Shown here in pieces: positions 1-11,393 of a stretch of 64,000 nt of DNA. The translations under genes were made by a program, and so were the position numbers. Location of the stretch: positions 113,653 through 177,652 of the forward strand of contig JBMONO010000034.1 of the NCBI GenBank assembly GCA_049323655.1, in the 5' to 3' direction. The DNA comes from Thermodesulfobacteriota bacterium (GTDB taxonomy: Bacteria > Desulfobacterota > Desulfobulbia > Desulfobulbales > SURF-16). A model generated the notes under the pieces. That model saw only the letters and a program-made list of their open reading frames with translations. It had not been told where the DNA came from and made no database searches. Every line of letters starts with the position of its first letter. The stretch's first letter is position 1.

Positions 1-356
1 AAATCGTCGCCTCTGCCGGTGTCAGCGGGATCATGGCCAATTTCCTCAACCTGCTCGCCCAGAAGAACCGGGTTGAGGTGTTGCCGGAAATCGCCACGAC
101 ATTTCAGGCCATGGTGGATGAAGAGCGCAACGTCTGCCAGGGTCTGATCATCACCGCGAAGGAATTACAACCGGCGTTGCAGGAAAAAACCAAGGCGACA
201 CTGGAAAAGATAACAGGCAAGCAGGTTGTTTTGAAGACCCAGGTCGATCCGACCATCATCGGTGGGATGATCGCCAAGGTGGGGGATCTTGTCCTGGACG
301 GCAGTATCAAAACACAGCTTGAGGGTTTAAAAGAGTCCATCAAAGGGAGCGAATAG
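1..356 (+). CDS. atpH: F1 ATP synthase delta (OSCP) subunit, 5' end cut by window edge
   Basis: The reading frame of ORF 33..356 stays open to position 1. C-terminal delta-type sequence (IIGGMIAKVGDLVLDGSIKTQL). Lies directly upstream of atpA in the order delta-alpha-gamma-beta-epsilon. Confidence 0.85.
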   Translation, partial: IVASAGVSGIMANFLNLLAQKNRVEVLPEIATTFQAMVDEERNVCQGLIITAKELQPALQEKTKATLEKITGKQVVLKTQVDPTIIGGMIAKVGDLVLDGSIKTQLEGLKESIKGSE

Positions 357-359
357 GCA

Positions 360-1883
360 ATGCAGATTAAAGCTGAAGAAATCAGTCAGATTATCAAGGG
401 GCAGATCAAGGATTACGAAGCAAAAATTGATCTGAGTGAAACTGGAACCGTCATTTCAGTCGGCGATGGTATTGCCAGGGTCCATGGCGTCGAAAACTGC
501 ATGGCCATGGAGCTGCTTGAGTTCCCCGGCGGCATTCTCGGGCTCGCCCTCAACCTGGAGGCCGACAACGTCGGTTGCGCCATCTTCGGTGATGTTAAAC
601 ACATCAAGGAAGGCGACATCGTCAAACGGACCGGTAGGATCGCCGAGGTGCCGGTTGGCCCGGAAATGGAAGGCCGCGTCGTGGACGGCGTCGGCAACCC
701 GATTGACGGCCAGGGACCGATCAATGCCAAGCATTTTTCCAAGATGGAGGTGCTGGCACCGGGCGTTATCGCCAGAAAGAGCGTGCATGAGCCCTGTTAC
801 ACCGGCAGCAAGGCCGTCGACGCCATGACCCCCGTTGGTCGCGGGCAGCGCGAGCTCATCATCGGCGACCGTCAGATCGGCAAAACCGCCCTCTGTGTCG
901 ATGCCATCATCGCCCAGAAAGAAACCGACATGCATTGCATTTATGTCGCCATCGGCCAGAAAAAATCCACCGTGGCCCTGGTTGTCGAAGCGCTGCGCAA
1001 ACACGGCGCCATGGAGTACACCACCGTGGTCGCCGCCTGCGCCTCCGACCCCGCGCCGATGCAGTACATCGCCGCCTTTGCCGGTTGCGCCATGGGCGAG
1101 TATTACCGGGACAACGGTCAGCACGCCCTCATCATCTATGACGATCTTTCCAAGCAGGCCGTCTCCTACCGCGAGCTTTCCCTGCTGCTACGGCGTCCGC
1201 CGGGACGTGAGGCCTTCCCTGGCGATATCTTCTTCAACCATTCGCGTCTGCTCGAGCGCGCCTCCAAGGTGAGTGACGCTCTCGGCGCCGGCTCGCTGAC
1301 CGCACTGCCGATCATTGAAACCCAGGCCGGTGACGTTTCCGCCTTTATTCCGACCAACGTAATCTCCATTACCGACGGGCAGGTTTATCTTGAACCGAAC
1401 CTCTTCTTCTCTGGCGTTCGTCCGGCGATCAACGTCGGTCTTTCCGTATCGAGGGTTGGTGGCGCGGCGCAGGTCAAGGCAATGAAACAGGTTGCCGGTA
1501 CCCTGCGTCTCGATCTGGCTCAGTACCGCGAGCTGGCCGCTTTTGCCGGTTTCGGTTCCGATCTCGACGCCGCCACCCAGGCCCAGCTGACCCGCGGCGC
1601 CCGTCTGGTCGAGATCCTCAAGCAGCCCCAGTACCAGCCGCTGCCCATGGAAAAACAAGTGTCCATCATCTTCGCCGGCACCAAGGGCTATCTCGACACC
1701 TTGCCCCTCAATGTCCTTGCTGATTATGAAGCGGATCTGTACTCCTATATCGCCGCCAATGCTCCTGATATCTTTGATACCCTCAAGGAGAAGAAGGTCA
1801 TTGATAAGGATCTTGAGGCGAAAATGCACAGCACCATCAAGGCCTTCACCGAGACGTTCAAGGCGTCCAAGGGAATTCAATAA
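360..1883 (+). CDS. atpA: F1 ATP synthase alpha subunit
   Basis: 507 aa. Walker A GDRQIGKT. Alpha-type sequence throughout. Operon context. Confidence 0.97.
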   Translation: MQIKAEEISQIIKGQIKDYEAKIDLSETGTVISVGDGIARVHGVENCMAMELLEFPGGILGLALNLEADNVGCAIFGDVKHIKEGDIVKRTGRIAEVPVGPEMEGRVVDGVGNPIDGQGPINAKHFSKMEVLAPGVIARKSVHEPCYTGSKAVDAMTPVGRGQRELIIGDRQIGKTALCVDAIIAQKETDMHCIYVAIGQKKSTVALVVEALRKHGAMEYTTVVAACASDPAPMQYIAAFAGCAMGEYYRDNGQHALIIYDDLSKQAVSYRELSLLLRRPPGREAFPGDIFFNHSRLLERASKVSDALGAGSLTALPIIETQAGDVSAFIPTNVISITDGQVYLEPNLFFSGVRPAINVGLSVSRVGGAAQVKAMKQVAGTLRLDLAQYRELAAFAGFGSDLDAATQAQLTRGARLVEILKQPQYQPLPMEKQVSIIFAGTKGYLDTLPLNVLADYEADLYSYIAANAPDIFDTLKEKKVIDKDLEAKMHSTIKAFTETFKASKGIQ

Positions 1884-1900
1884 ACCAGGAGTAGAACGTC

Positions 1901-2773
1901 ATGCCGAGTCTAAAAGATGTCAAAAGCCAGATAACTGGTGTGAAAAAGACATCACAGATCACCAAGGCGATGAACATGGTGTCTGCGGCCAAGCTGCGCG
2001 GCGCCCAGATGAAGATGGAGAATTTCCGTCCATATGCCACCAAGTTCAAAGAGGCACTTGGCAGCATCAGCGGCAACATGAAATCAAGCGAGTTTCCGCT
2101 GATGAAGGTCCGGGATGTGAAAAGTGTTGAGATTGTTGTCGTCACCTCCGATCGTGGTCTGTGCGGAAGTTTTAACAGCAATATCATGCGCATGGCTGAA
2201 AAGCTCATGCAGAAATACGAGGCTGAAGGCAAAAAGGTCAGCCTGGTCTGCGTAGGCAAGAAAGGGAGCCAGTATTTCAAGAAAACCGGCAAAATCCGCA
2301 AAAACTACCGCGATATCATGGGCAACTTCCAGATGTTCAATGCCCGTGAGATTGCCCAGGACGTAGCCGCGAATTTCATGGAAGGGGGCAGCGACGAGGT
2401 GCAGATTGTCTACGGCAGCTTCATCAGCGTCGCCAGGCAGGTGCCGGTCGCTCTCCACTATCTGCCGGTGAAACCGGTGGTGGCCGATCCCGGCGAGAAA
2501 AAGGGGCAGACCGGCGCCTATATCACCGAGCCCAGTCCTGAAGAGATCATGGACGTCCTCCTGCCGCTTTATATGAACGTCATGGTCTATAACGCCATGC
2601 TGGAGGTCGGCGCCAGCGAACATGCCGCCCGAATGACCGCCATGGACAATGCGACAAAGGCGTGCAAGGACATGATTCATAACCTGACCATGGTCTACAA
2701 CAAGGCCCGTCAGTCGGCGATTACCGGCGAGCTGATGGATATTGTCGGCGGTGCTGAGGCCCTCAAAGGATAA
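1901..2773 (+). CDS. atpG: F1 ATP synthase gamma subunit
   Basis: 290 aa. Gamma-type N-terminus (KKTSQITKAMNMVSAAKLR) and C-terminus (ITGELMDIVGGAEAL). Lies between atpA and atpD. Confidence 0.95.
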   Translation: MPSLKDVKSQITGVKKTSQITKAMNMVSAAKLRGAQMKMENFRPYATKFKEALGSISGNMKSSEFPLMKVRDVKSVEIVVVTSDRGLCGSFNSNIMRMAEKLMQKYEAEGKKVSLVCVGKKGSQYFKKTGKIRKNYRDIMGNFQMFNAREIAQDVAANFMEGGSDEVQIVYGSFISVARQVPVALHYLPVKPVVADPGEKKGQTGAYITEPSPEEIMDVLLPLYMNVMVYNAMLEVGASEHAARMTAMDNATKACKDMIHNLTMVYNKARQSAITGELMDIVGGAEALKG

Positions 2774-2794
2774 ATGAGTACGTTCCGCGTTTGA

Positions 2795-4267
<1,473 letters not shown>

Positions 4268-4287
4268 TTCTGCGAGGTTATTGACCA

Positions 4288-4707
4288 ATGGCTGAAACCA
4301 TACATTTAGAAGTTGTCACCCCTTCCGGGCCGGTGGTCAGCGAAGATGTTGATATCGTCAGCGCTCCCGGCTATGGGGGTGATTTCGGTGTCCTGGCGAA
4401 CCACGCTCCCTTTCTCAGCACCATTAAGATCGGCGGTCTGGTCTATAAGAAAGATGGTAAGGAAAATTATTTGATGGTCAGTGGCGGCTTCTGCGAGGTG
4501 TCGAATAACAAGATTACCTTTCTGGTTGAGTCAGCCGAGCCCGGTCATCTCATTGATGTCGACCGCGCCATGAGGGCCAAGGAAAGAGCGGAAAAGAGAA
4601 TCGCCGACGCCAAGACGCAGCAGGAAAAAATCAATATGGCTCGCGCTCAGGCCGCCCTGCAGCGGGCCTTGGCGCGTTTGAAAATTGCTGAAAAGGCGCC
4701 GAAATAA
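4288..4707 (+). CDS. atpC: F1 ATP synthase epsilon subunit
   Basis: 139 aa. Epsilon-type beta-sandwich N-terminus and helical Ala/Arg-rich C-terminus. Last gene of the atp cluster. Confidence 0.93.
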   Translation: MAETIHLEVVTPSGPVVSEDVDIVSAPGYGGDFGVLANHAPFLSTIKIGGLVYKKDGKENYLMVSGGFCEVSNNKITFLVESAEPGHLIDVDRAMRAKERAEKRIADAKTQQEKINMARAQAALQRALARLKIAEKAPK

Positions 4708-4884
4708 CCCCCTGGCAGTCGGTACCGGGAGACTCAGCACCGCAGTGCGTCCTGAAGATAAATTGATTATTTGCTCATCAGGTGGTGCAGACCTCGGAGC
4801 GATTGCCTGAACGGGTCAGAACAAAGCTGAGTTTTGCTCAGCGCCAGGCGGGTACGTCGATCCCTTTTCGTGCCCTCACATCCA

Positions 4885-4922
4885 TAAAAAAGGCCGGAAC
4901 ATTGTGTTCCGGCCTTTTTTAT
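4885..4922. terminator. Bidirectional rho-independent terminator between atpC and cheX-like gene
   Basis: AGGCCGGAAC / GTTCCGGCCT stem (4891-4900 / 4906-4915) flanked by an A-run on the left and a T-run on the right. Sits between convergent genes. Confidence 0.8.
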
Positions 4923-4963
4923 ATTCACCACCGCTGCGCGTCGCACGGCTTGGCATTCTCCGT

Positions 4964-5440
4964 CTACCCCTTTTTTGAGCCGAGATTGGCTTCGATGACG
5001 AAATCCCCATGTTCGGTGCTGAAGGGGATAACAATGGTAGGCACATCAGAGTAATAAGAAATCTCCACGTTTTTACCGACCACCATGGTGGGGGTCGCCA
5101 GGTCGAACTTGTAATCAAGTTTGGCAAGCTGGGCCTTGGCGCCGCCACAAATCATATTGGTGAGTTCACCCACGGCATCGACAATTTCATCATCGACTTT
5201 TTCCTTGGGCGCTTCCATCAACATGTTAGCTACGACATGGAGGATGCAGTTTTCCGAAAAACTGAGAATCATGCACCCAGCAATATCGTCGGAGACCATG
5301 CCAATGATACCGGTCACCTCTCCATACGTGAGGGAATTGTCCTTGAGACTCGGTTTTTTGGCCTTGACCTGGGTCTGGCACATGGTTTCCAGGACGTTCT
5401 TGGTGGCGTTCAAAAAGGGATTGATGAATTCGGCTTTCAT
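4964..5440 (-). CDS. CheX-like chemotaxis phosphatase family protein
   Basis: 158 aa. N-terminus MKAEFINPFLNATKNVLETM and the central GELTNMICGGAK block are typical of CheX/CheC-like proteins as I remember them. Confidence 0.7.
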   Translation of the reverse strand: MKAEFINPFLNATKNVLETMCQTQVKAKKPSLKDNSLTYGEVTGIIGMVSDDIAGCMILSFSENCILHVVANMLMEAPKEKVDDEIVDAVGELTNMICGGAKAQLAKLDYKFDLATPTMVVGKNVEISYYSDVPTIVIPFSTEHGDFVIEANLGSKKG

Positions 5441-5657
5441 GAAAGTCCTTCATTTCCGCGGAAGAAGATCTAAAAATAGGATGATTACCGTTCGACAAAT
5501 TATAGCACACGCTGATGGAGAAGCAACATGGGATTTCAAAACTCCGCCGATCCGGAAAAACAGTAAGTGGCTTTTGTTTTGGGGTGAAAATATTGGACAA
5601 AAATATTAAAAGACAAAACTGCAATAAGATCTGAACACAGTACACAGTGACGGCAAC

Positions 5658-7094
5658 ATGCTCAGAAAGAAGGAGGACGTTTGCGTGAAACCGAAGGAAA
5701 GACTTGCCATCGACCGCCAGAAACCCCGTGAACTTGATATTGCTGTTCGCATCAAAAATTTTGACGAGGTCGTCTTTGGCTATGATGAAGAAACCGCCAT
5801 TCGCGAGGCCAATCGCTGCCTGCAATGCAAAAAACCAACCTGCCGGGAGGGCTGCCCGATAGGCAACAACATACCGCAGTTCATCGAACAATTGCGCAAT
5901 CGACAGTTTGAAGAGGGGTACTGGACGATCCGGCAGACGAGCTCGCTGCCCGCAGTCTGTTCCCGTGTGTGTCCCCATGAGTTTCAGTGCGAGGGTGCAT
6001 GCATCCGTGGAAAAAAGGGCGATCCCGTAGCCATCGGCATGCTGGAGCGTTTTCTTGTCGACTGGATGGTAAAAAACAACAAAAACATAGCATCTCCTTG
6101 CGCGCTGCCGAAGAATAAAAAGGTGGCCGTCGTCGGATCCGGCCCGGCTGGCATGACAGCTGCCTATCATCTTGCTCACGAGGGCTATCACTGCACTATT
6201 TTTGAGAGTCTGTCCGTGTTCGGCGGCATGCTTGCTGTAGGCATTCCGCCCTACCGCCTGCCGCGGGATATCATTAACGCAGAGTTTGATGCCCTGAAAA
6301 ACTGCGGAGTGACGGTCCGCAACAACGTGGTCATCGGCAGGGACATCACCTTGACCCAGCTGAAGGAAAAAGAGGGATTCGACGCGATCTTCATCGGGGT
6401 CGGCGCCCATGTCAGCCGTAAGCTTGGCATCGAAGGCGAAGAGATGGATGGTGTCTATCATGGGGTGGATTACCTACGTCGGGTCTGCCTTGGTGAAAAG
6501 GTAAACATTGGCAAAAAGGTGGTGGTGGTGGGCGGCGGCAACGTGGCCATCGATGTGGCCCGCACCGCATTGCGCACCGGGTCTGATGACGTTTTTATCC
6601 TTTATCGGCGGACCAAAAAGGAAATGCCGGCCTCCATGGCGGAAATTCACCATCTGGAGGAGGAGGGCGTTCACGTCGAATATCTTGCGGCACCGCTCAG
6701 GCTGCACGGGGAAAATGGTCGGTTGCACCGGGTGGAGTGCCAGCGCATGCAGCTCGGCGAGTGCGATGCCTCAGGCCGCTGCCGGCCGGTGGTTGTCGAA
6801 GGCTCGGAATTTTTCATTGAGGCCGACGCAATCATTGCTGCCATCAGCCAGGATGTCGATCATACCGCCGACAGCGGCACCGACTTCGAGCTGACTCGCT
6901 GGCGAACCTACATTGTTGACCCGATAACCCTGCAGACTTCGGTCCCCTGGATCTTTTCCGGCGGGGATGCGGTTCTCGGGCCGCAGACAGCAGCCAAGGC
7001 AGTGTATCAGGGAAAGGTTGCGGCGGAATCAATTAAACGGTATTTAGAAGGGAGCGACCTGAAAGCGAACCGGGAAGTACGCAACGTATCATAG
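5658..7094 (+). CDS. GltD/NfnB-family NAD(P)H-dependent FAD/Fe-S oxidoreductase (glutamate synthase small-subunit-like)
   Basis: 478 aa. N-terminal Cys clusters (CLQCKKPTCREGCP, CSRVCPHEFQCEGAC). Two Rossmann motifs (VAVVGSGPAG, VVVVGGGNVAID). No large-subunit or NfnA partner lies adjacent. Confidence 0.8.
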   Translation: MLRKKEDVCVKPKERLAIDRQKPRELDIAVRIKNFDEVVFGYDEETAIREANRCLQCKKPTCREGCPIGNNIPQFIEQLRNRQFEEGYWTIRQTSSLPAVCSRVCPHEFQCEGACIRGKKGDPVAIGMLERFLVDWMVKNNKNIASPCALPKNKKVAVVGSGPAGMTAAYHLAHEGYHCTIFESLSVFGGMLAVGIPPYRLPRDIINAEFDALKNCGVTVRNNVVIGRDITLTQLKEKEGFDAIFIGVGAHVSRKLGIEGEEMDGVYHGVDYLRRVCLGEKVNIGKKVVVVGGGNVAIDVARTALRTGSDDVFILYRRTKKEMPASMAEIHHLEEEGVHVEYLAAPLRLHGENGRLHRVECQRMQLGECDASGRCRPVVVEGSEFFIEADAIIAAISQDVDHTADSGTDFELTRWRTYIVDPITLQTSVPWIFSGGDAVLGPQTAAKAVYQGKVAAESIKRYLEGSDLKANREVRNVS

Positions 7095-7121
7095 CAGAAA
7101 AAAAGGACAGCGCGAGGGCTC

Positions 7122-8795
7122 ATGACCGTATTTTTCGCCAAAAAGGAAAAGCTGGGGGATCTGCTGGTCAATAAGGGAAAACTCCAGCCAAACCAGCTGG
7201 AACGGGCCCTCACCCATCTGCAGTCGGTCCCCCAGGGGCTGGGAGATATTCTCGTGTCCCTGGGGTTCATCAGCGAAGAGGACCTGCTGGCCGCTCTGGC
7301 CGAGCAGCTCTCCCTGCCAATCTATACCCCGCAGGAAGATGACATCTTTCTGCCCCTGGCCATCACCAAAATTTTCCACCGTGAGCATCCCTTTGCCCTG
7401 ATCAGCCGGCAGGAGCGCATCATCCTCCTCTGCCACGATCCCATGGACGGCGATATTCTCTCGGCCGCGGCGGCGGAAACCACTGACCCATTTGAGGTGC
7501 AGATCGGTCTGGAAAAGGATGTCAAAAAAATCGTCGATGAACATTACGATCTCGGCCTGGAGGAAATCGAGCAGAATCCTTATCTGGTTGACGAGGCCGA
7601 TATCGACAAACTAAAGGACATGGCCTCCGAGGCGCCTGTCATCAAGTATGTCAACAATCTGATCGATACGGCGGTCAATCGGCGGGCCAGCGACATCCAT
7701 ATCGAATCGTACGAAGGCGGGCAACTTATCCGTTTCCGGATCGACGGCATCCTCCAGGATTACGAAATTCCGCCGCTCTCCATGCAGGCGGCCATCATCT
7801 CCCGCACCAAGCTCCTCGCCTCGCTGGACATCGCCGAGCGGCGCATTCCTCAGGACGGGAAGATCTCTATGCGTATCGGCGGCAAGGAAATCGATCTGCG
7901 CGTCTCCACCATGCCGTCGATTTATGGTGAAGGCGTGGTTATCCGCATTCTGGAGAAGGGGTCGATCATCCTTGACATGGGGCACCTCGGCATGGGTGAT
8001 GACATTGAGCGGAAGTTCAAGGAGCTCATTACCTATCCCAACGGCATCATCCTCGTAACCGGCCCCACCGGCAGCGGTAAGACCACCACCCTCTACTGTG
8101 CTCTGAATCAGATCAACACCGGCAGCAACAAGATTATTACCCTGGAGGATCCGGTTGAATACCAGCTCAAGGGCATCAACCAAACCCAGGTGCGCCCGGA
8201 GATCGGTCTCACCTTCGCCAAGGGGTTGCGTTCCATCGTCCGCCAGGATCCGGACATCATCATGGTGGGCGAGATCAGGGATCTCGATACCGCAGAAATC
8301 GCGGTACAGTCTTCCCTTACCGGGCACCTTGTCTTTTCCACCCTGCACACCAACGACGCCCTGTCCGCCGTCACCCGGATGATCGACATCGGGGTGGAAC
8401 ATTTTCTCATCTCCGCAGCCCTGCGCGGGGTGCTGGCCCAGCGGCTGGTTCGCCGAATCTGCACTCACTGCCGTACCAGTCTGGGCAATATCTCCGAACA
8501 TCTCGGCCATGTGCCGCGCGGCGGGGATTTTGAGATGTTTACCGGCGCCGGCTGCGGTCGATGTTCAGGCAGTGGCTACAGCGGTCGTATCGGCATCTAT
8601 GAGCTGCTTATCATGTCCGACGCCCTGAGTCGGGCGGTGGCAAAACGCAAGGATCTTGGTGAATTGAAAACGATCGCCTTGGCCGAAGGCTTCCAGGATA
8701 TGTATCACGACGGGCTGCGCAAGATCCGCGAGGGGCAGACCACGCTGGCCGAGGTCATCAGGGTGAGTCGGGGAGTTGCCGATGCCGCTCTTTAA
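7122..8795 (+). CDS. gspE: Type II secretion / type IV pilus assembly ATPase (GspE/PilB family)
   Basis: 557 aa. N-terminal T2SSE_N/MshEN-like repeat (LGDLLV..G.L...QLE.AL). Walker A GPTGSGKTTT. C-terminal tetracysteine CTHC...CGRC. Confidence 0.9.
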   Translation: MTVFFAKKEKLGDLLVNKGKLQPNQLERALTHLQSVPQGLGDILVSLGFISEEDLLAALAEQLSLPIYTPQEDDIFLPLAITKIFHREHPFALISRQERIILLCHDPMDGDILSAAAAETTDPFEVQIGLEKDVKKIVDEHYDLGLEEIEQNPYLVDEADIDKLKDMASEAPVIKYVNNLIDTAVNRRASDIHIESYEGGQLIRFRIDGILQDYEIPPLSMQAAIISRTKLLASLDIAERRIPQDGKISMRIGGKEIDLRVSTMPSIYGEGVVIRILEKGSIILDMGHLGMGDDIERKFKELITYPNGIILVTGPTGSGKTTTLYCALNQINTGSNKIITLEDPVEYQLKGINQTQVRPEIGLTFAKGLRSIVRQDPDIIMVGEIRDLDTAEIAVQSSLTGHLVFSTLHTNDALSAVTRMIDIGVEHFLISAALRGVLAQRLVRRICTHCRTSLGNISEHLGHVPRGGDFEMFTGAGCGRCSGSGYSGRIGIYELLIMSDALSRAVAKRKDLGELKTIALAEGFQDMYHDGLRKIREGQTTLAEVIRVSRGVADAAL

Positions 8796-10005
8796 GTACA
8801 AGGTGGCGGAGGGAAACCGATCGATCCGTGAGGGGGTGGTTGAAGAGGCGGACCGGGAGGCGGCAGCCCGTAAACTGATGTTGCAGGGACTGCGGCCGCT
8901 GGAGATCGCTCCATACAGTGGGAAAGGCGGGAAAAAGATCCGTCTGCCCACTTTTTTTGACAGGCAGGGCGGCAAGATCAGCACAATGGAGATCGAGTTT
9001 TTTACCAAACAGATCGCCATGCTGCTCAGTGCCGGTCTCTCCCTTGACGCTGCCCTGCGAGTGATGAAAAATCACAGTCAGAAAGAGGCATTCAAGGAGT
9101 TCTGCGGCTCGCTGGAACGCAAGCTCAAGGAGGGGAAATCCTTTTCGCAGGCACTGTCCGACTATCCTTATTTTTCGCCGATGTATGTTAATATCGTCAG
9201 AGCAGGAGAAGAGGGCGGCATCCTTCCTGCCATGCTGAACAGAATATCCGAATACCAGTCAACCTTTCAGGAGCTGCGCCAGTACATCATCTCGGCCTCG
9301 GTCTACCCGCTGATTCTGCTGATTGTCGGCGTCATTGCGGTCATCATACTCGTGACAACCATTTTGCCCAGATTTGAGGTGCTTTTCCAGGGAATCGGCC
9401 AGCAGTTGCCCGGCCATGTGGCACTGCTGATGGCGGTGGCAGGGTTTGTCTCAAACAATCTGCTGCTTACCCTGCTTCTCATCTTCGGTCCGATCGCCCT
9501 GGCGGTCTGGTATCTGCGCAGCCCGGAAGGCAGGCGCTTTTACCATCGGCAATCCCTGAAAGTCCCCGTTCTTTCCCTGTTCATCCGGGAACTGGAGACA
9601 ACCCGCATCTTCCGGACCCTTGAGGTGCTGGTCAACAACGGCGTCCACCTGGCCACGGCCTTGAAAATCTGCACCGGCATCGCGGTCAACGAGCAGTTTC
9701 AGCAGTTGCTGCACCGGGCCACTGAGGCACTGAAGGAAGGACAGCGGGTCAGCTCCAAACTGAAGGGTGAACCTTTGCTGCCAAGCCTGGCGGTGGATCT
9801 GCTCGCCATCGGCGAAGAGTCGGGGCGGGTTGGCGAGGTCTGCGGCCAGATTGCCGATCATTTCGATCAGGAGCTGCGCGCCCGGATCAAAAGGATCATT
9901 GCCCTGGTCGAACCGGCCTTTATTCTCGCCATCGCCCTGATCGCCGGCTACATTGTCGTCTCCATGCTGTCGGTCATCCTCGGCATCAACGATATCGCGG
10001 GCTGA
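8776..10005 (+). CDS. gspF: Type II secretion platform protein (GspF/PilC family)
   Basis: 409 aa. Two GspF repeats, three TM segments, N-terminus MPLFKYK. Overlaps the gspE stop, which suggests translational coupling. Confidence 0.9.
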   Translation: MPMPLFKYKVAEGNRSIREGVVEEADREAAARKLMLQGLRPLEIAPYSGKGGKKIRLPTFFDRQGGKISTMEIEFFTKQIAMLLSAGLSLDAALRVMKNHSQKEAFKEFCGSLERKLKEGKSFSQALSDYPYFSPMYVNIVRAGEEGGILPAMLNRISEYQSTFQELRQYIISASVYPLILLIVGVIAVIILVTTILPRFEVLFQGIGQQLPGHVALLMAVAGFVSNNLLLTLLLIFGPIALAVWYLRSPEGRRFYHRQSLKVPVLSLFIRELETTRIFRTLEVLVNNGVHLATALKICTGIAVNEQFQQLLHRATEALKEGQRVSSKLKGEPLLPSLAVDLLAIGEESGRVGEVCGQIADHFDQELRARIKRIIALVEPAFILAIALIAGYIVVSMLSVILGINDIAG

Positions 10006-10451
10006 TGGCAACGAGAGGCGCAGACTGGGAATGTGGTCACCGCCAGTGCGGTTTTTCCCTGCTCGAACTGCTCACCGTGCTGGTGCTGCTGGCGGTGGTG
10101 GCCGGAATCACCGCTCCTCAGCTGGGACGGTTGCTGAGCGGGCTTGATTTTCGTAAACAGACGGCAGCGATCACCGCCACGCTCCGGGGCATTCGTCTGC
10201 AAGCCATTGCCTCCGGCAGGGAGATCGCGGTCCGGATCGAGGAAAACCGCTTGCTGCTGTGGACCGGGCAGGAAGAGATGGAGGAGCGTTCTGTCGGTCT
10301 TGGTCCGGAGGATGAGCTGACGATGACGCCGGCAACCGTTTTTTTTTCCCCCCAGGCAACGGCAACGCCGGCGACGCTGACCTTTACCAGCGGTGGCCGG
10401 CGGCGCATCATTGTTCTTGATGCCCTGACCGGGCTGCCGATCATGGAGTGA
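10005..10451 (+). CDS. Minor pseudopilin, GspH/FimT-like
   Basis: Prepilin-type N-terminus ..QCG/FSLLELLTVLVLLAVVAG, followed by a GspH-like region (LRGIRLQAIASGREIAVRI). Confidence 0.7.
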   Translation: MATRGADWECGHRQCGFSLLELLTVLVLLAVVAGITAPQLGRLLSGLDFRKQTAAITATLRGIRLQAIASGREIAVRIEENRLLLWTGQEEMEERSVGLGPEDELTMTPATVFFSPQATATPATLTFTSGGRRRIIVLDALTGLPIME

Positions 10452-11050
10452 AGCCGGTTTTTGTCATGACGGACACGCGGGGGGTGAAAAACTGTTCGGC
10501 TCGGCAAGGGGGATTCACCCTTTTCGAGGTGATGGTGGCGGTGCTGCTGCTCGCCATGGTCTCCACCATGATCTACTCCATCCTTAATGTCAGTATCACC
10601 TTTTCGGAAAAGGGGGAAAAGCGGATTCTCGCCCTTGAACGCAAGCTGGGACTGCTTGGGCTGCTCGAGCGGCAGGTCAAATGCGCAGTGTATGATGACC
10701 GGCGCAAAGAGGTCGCTATGTCGGCGGATGACACTATTTTCCGGCTGACAACCAGGGCGCCGCTCCTCTATGCCCGAGCAGAGACGGTGCTGGCCGTCTA
10801 CCGTTTTGATCCGAACAGCAACGTTCTTTATTATCTGGAAAAACGCGATTTTTACAACGCCGATTATGAAGGGGACTACATTCCGGATTTCGAGGAGATG
10901 ACGGTGCTGATTCCGGACAGCCCGCCCCTTTCCTTTTCTTACGAGGAAGGGGAGAGTGCTGTTCTGATTATTGTTGATGGGGAGGAACATGTCTTTACGC
11001 CGTGGTGTCAGATCGAAAAAAGAGAGTCTGTTCGAGATGACGAGATGTGA
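10448..11050 (+). CDS. Minor pseudopilin, GspJ-like
   Basis: Prepilin-type N-terminus RQGG/FTLFEVMVAVLLLAMV. About 200 aa. Start could instead be ATG 10466. Confidence 0.6.
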   Translation: MKPVFVMTDTRGVKNCSARQGGFTLFEVMVAVLLLAMVSTMIYSILNVSITFSEKGEKRILALERKLGLLGLLERQVKCAVYDDRRKEVAMSADDTIFRLTTRAPLLYARAETVLAVYRFDPNSNVLYYLEKRDFYNADYEGDYIPDFEEMTVLIPDSPPLSFSYEEGESAVLIIVDGEEHVFTPWCQIEKRESVRDDEM

Positions 11051-11378
11051 GCGGCATGCCGGGCCGATGGAGCAGGGGTTCACCCTGCTTGAGGTGCTGG
11101 CCGCGGTCCTTATCCTGGGACTGGCCTATGTCGCCACCCTGGAGAGCTTTTCCGTTGCCATGCGCAATATCGGCAAGGCGGAAACAAAGCGATCCCTGTT
11201 GCTGGCGGAGATGGCCGCTTTTTGCCAGGATGTGCGGTTTGTCGGGACAGAGGCTTTCCCGGCGGCGGAGGAGGAAGAGGAGGGTGTTCTCTACCTGGAA
11301 GGACGAAAACTGCGATTGCTGGTGGTACGCAGCGAAAGCGGGGAATTGATATCGTTGCGGCTTGGGCCTGTACTGTAA
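11037..11378 (+). CDS. Minor pseudopilin, GspI-like
   Basis: Prepilin-type N-terminus MEQG/FTLLEVLAAVLILGLAYV. Start chosen at ATG 11037 (alternative 11067) rather than the ORF-track 10971, which overlaps the upstream gene. Confidence 0.6.
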   Translation: MTRCERHAGPMEQGFTLLEVLAAVLILGLAYVATLESFSVAMRNIGKAETKRSLLLAEMAAFCQDVRFVGTEAFPAAEEEEEGVLYLEGRKLRLLVVRSESGELISLRLGPVL

Positions 11379-11393
11379 AGGCGAATTTGAGAC

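Noticed and set aside
5226-6461. 411-aa minus-strand ORF antisense to the gltD-like gene. The same applies to similar long antisense ORFs at 456..1124, 3524..4288, 7611..8510, 10118..11083, 12356..13270 and 13498..14208.
   Set aside because: These are typical shadow ORFs of GC-rich DNA. They lie opposite genes with unmistakable family motifs, are rich in Arg/Gly/Ala/Pro, and have no ribosome-binding site and no recognisable domains.
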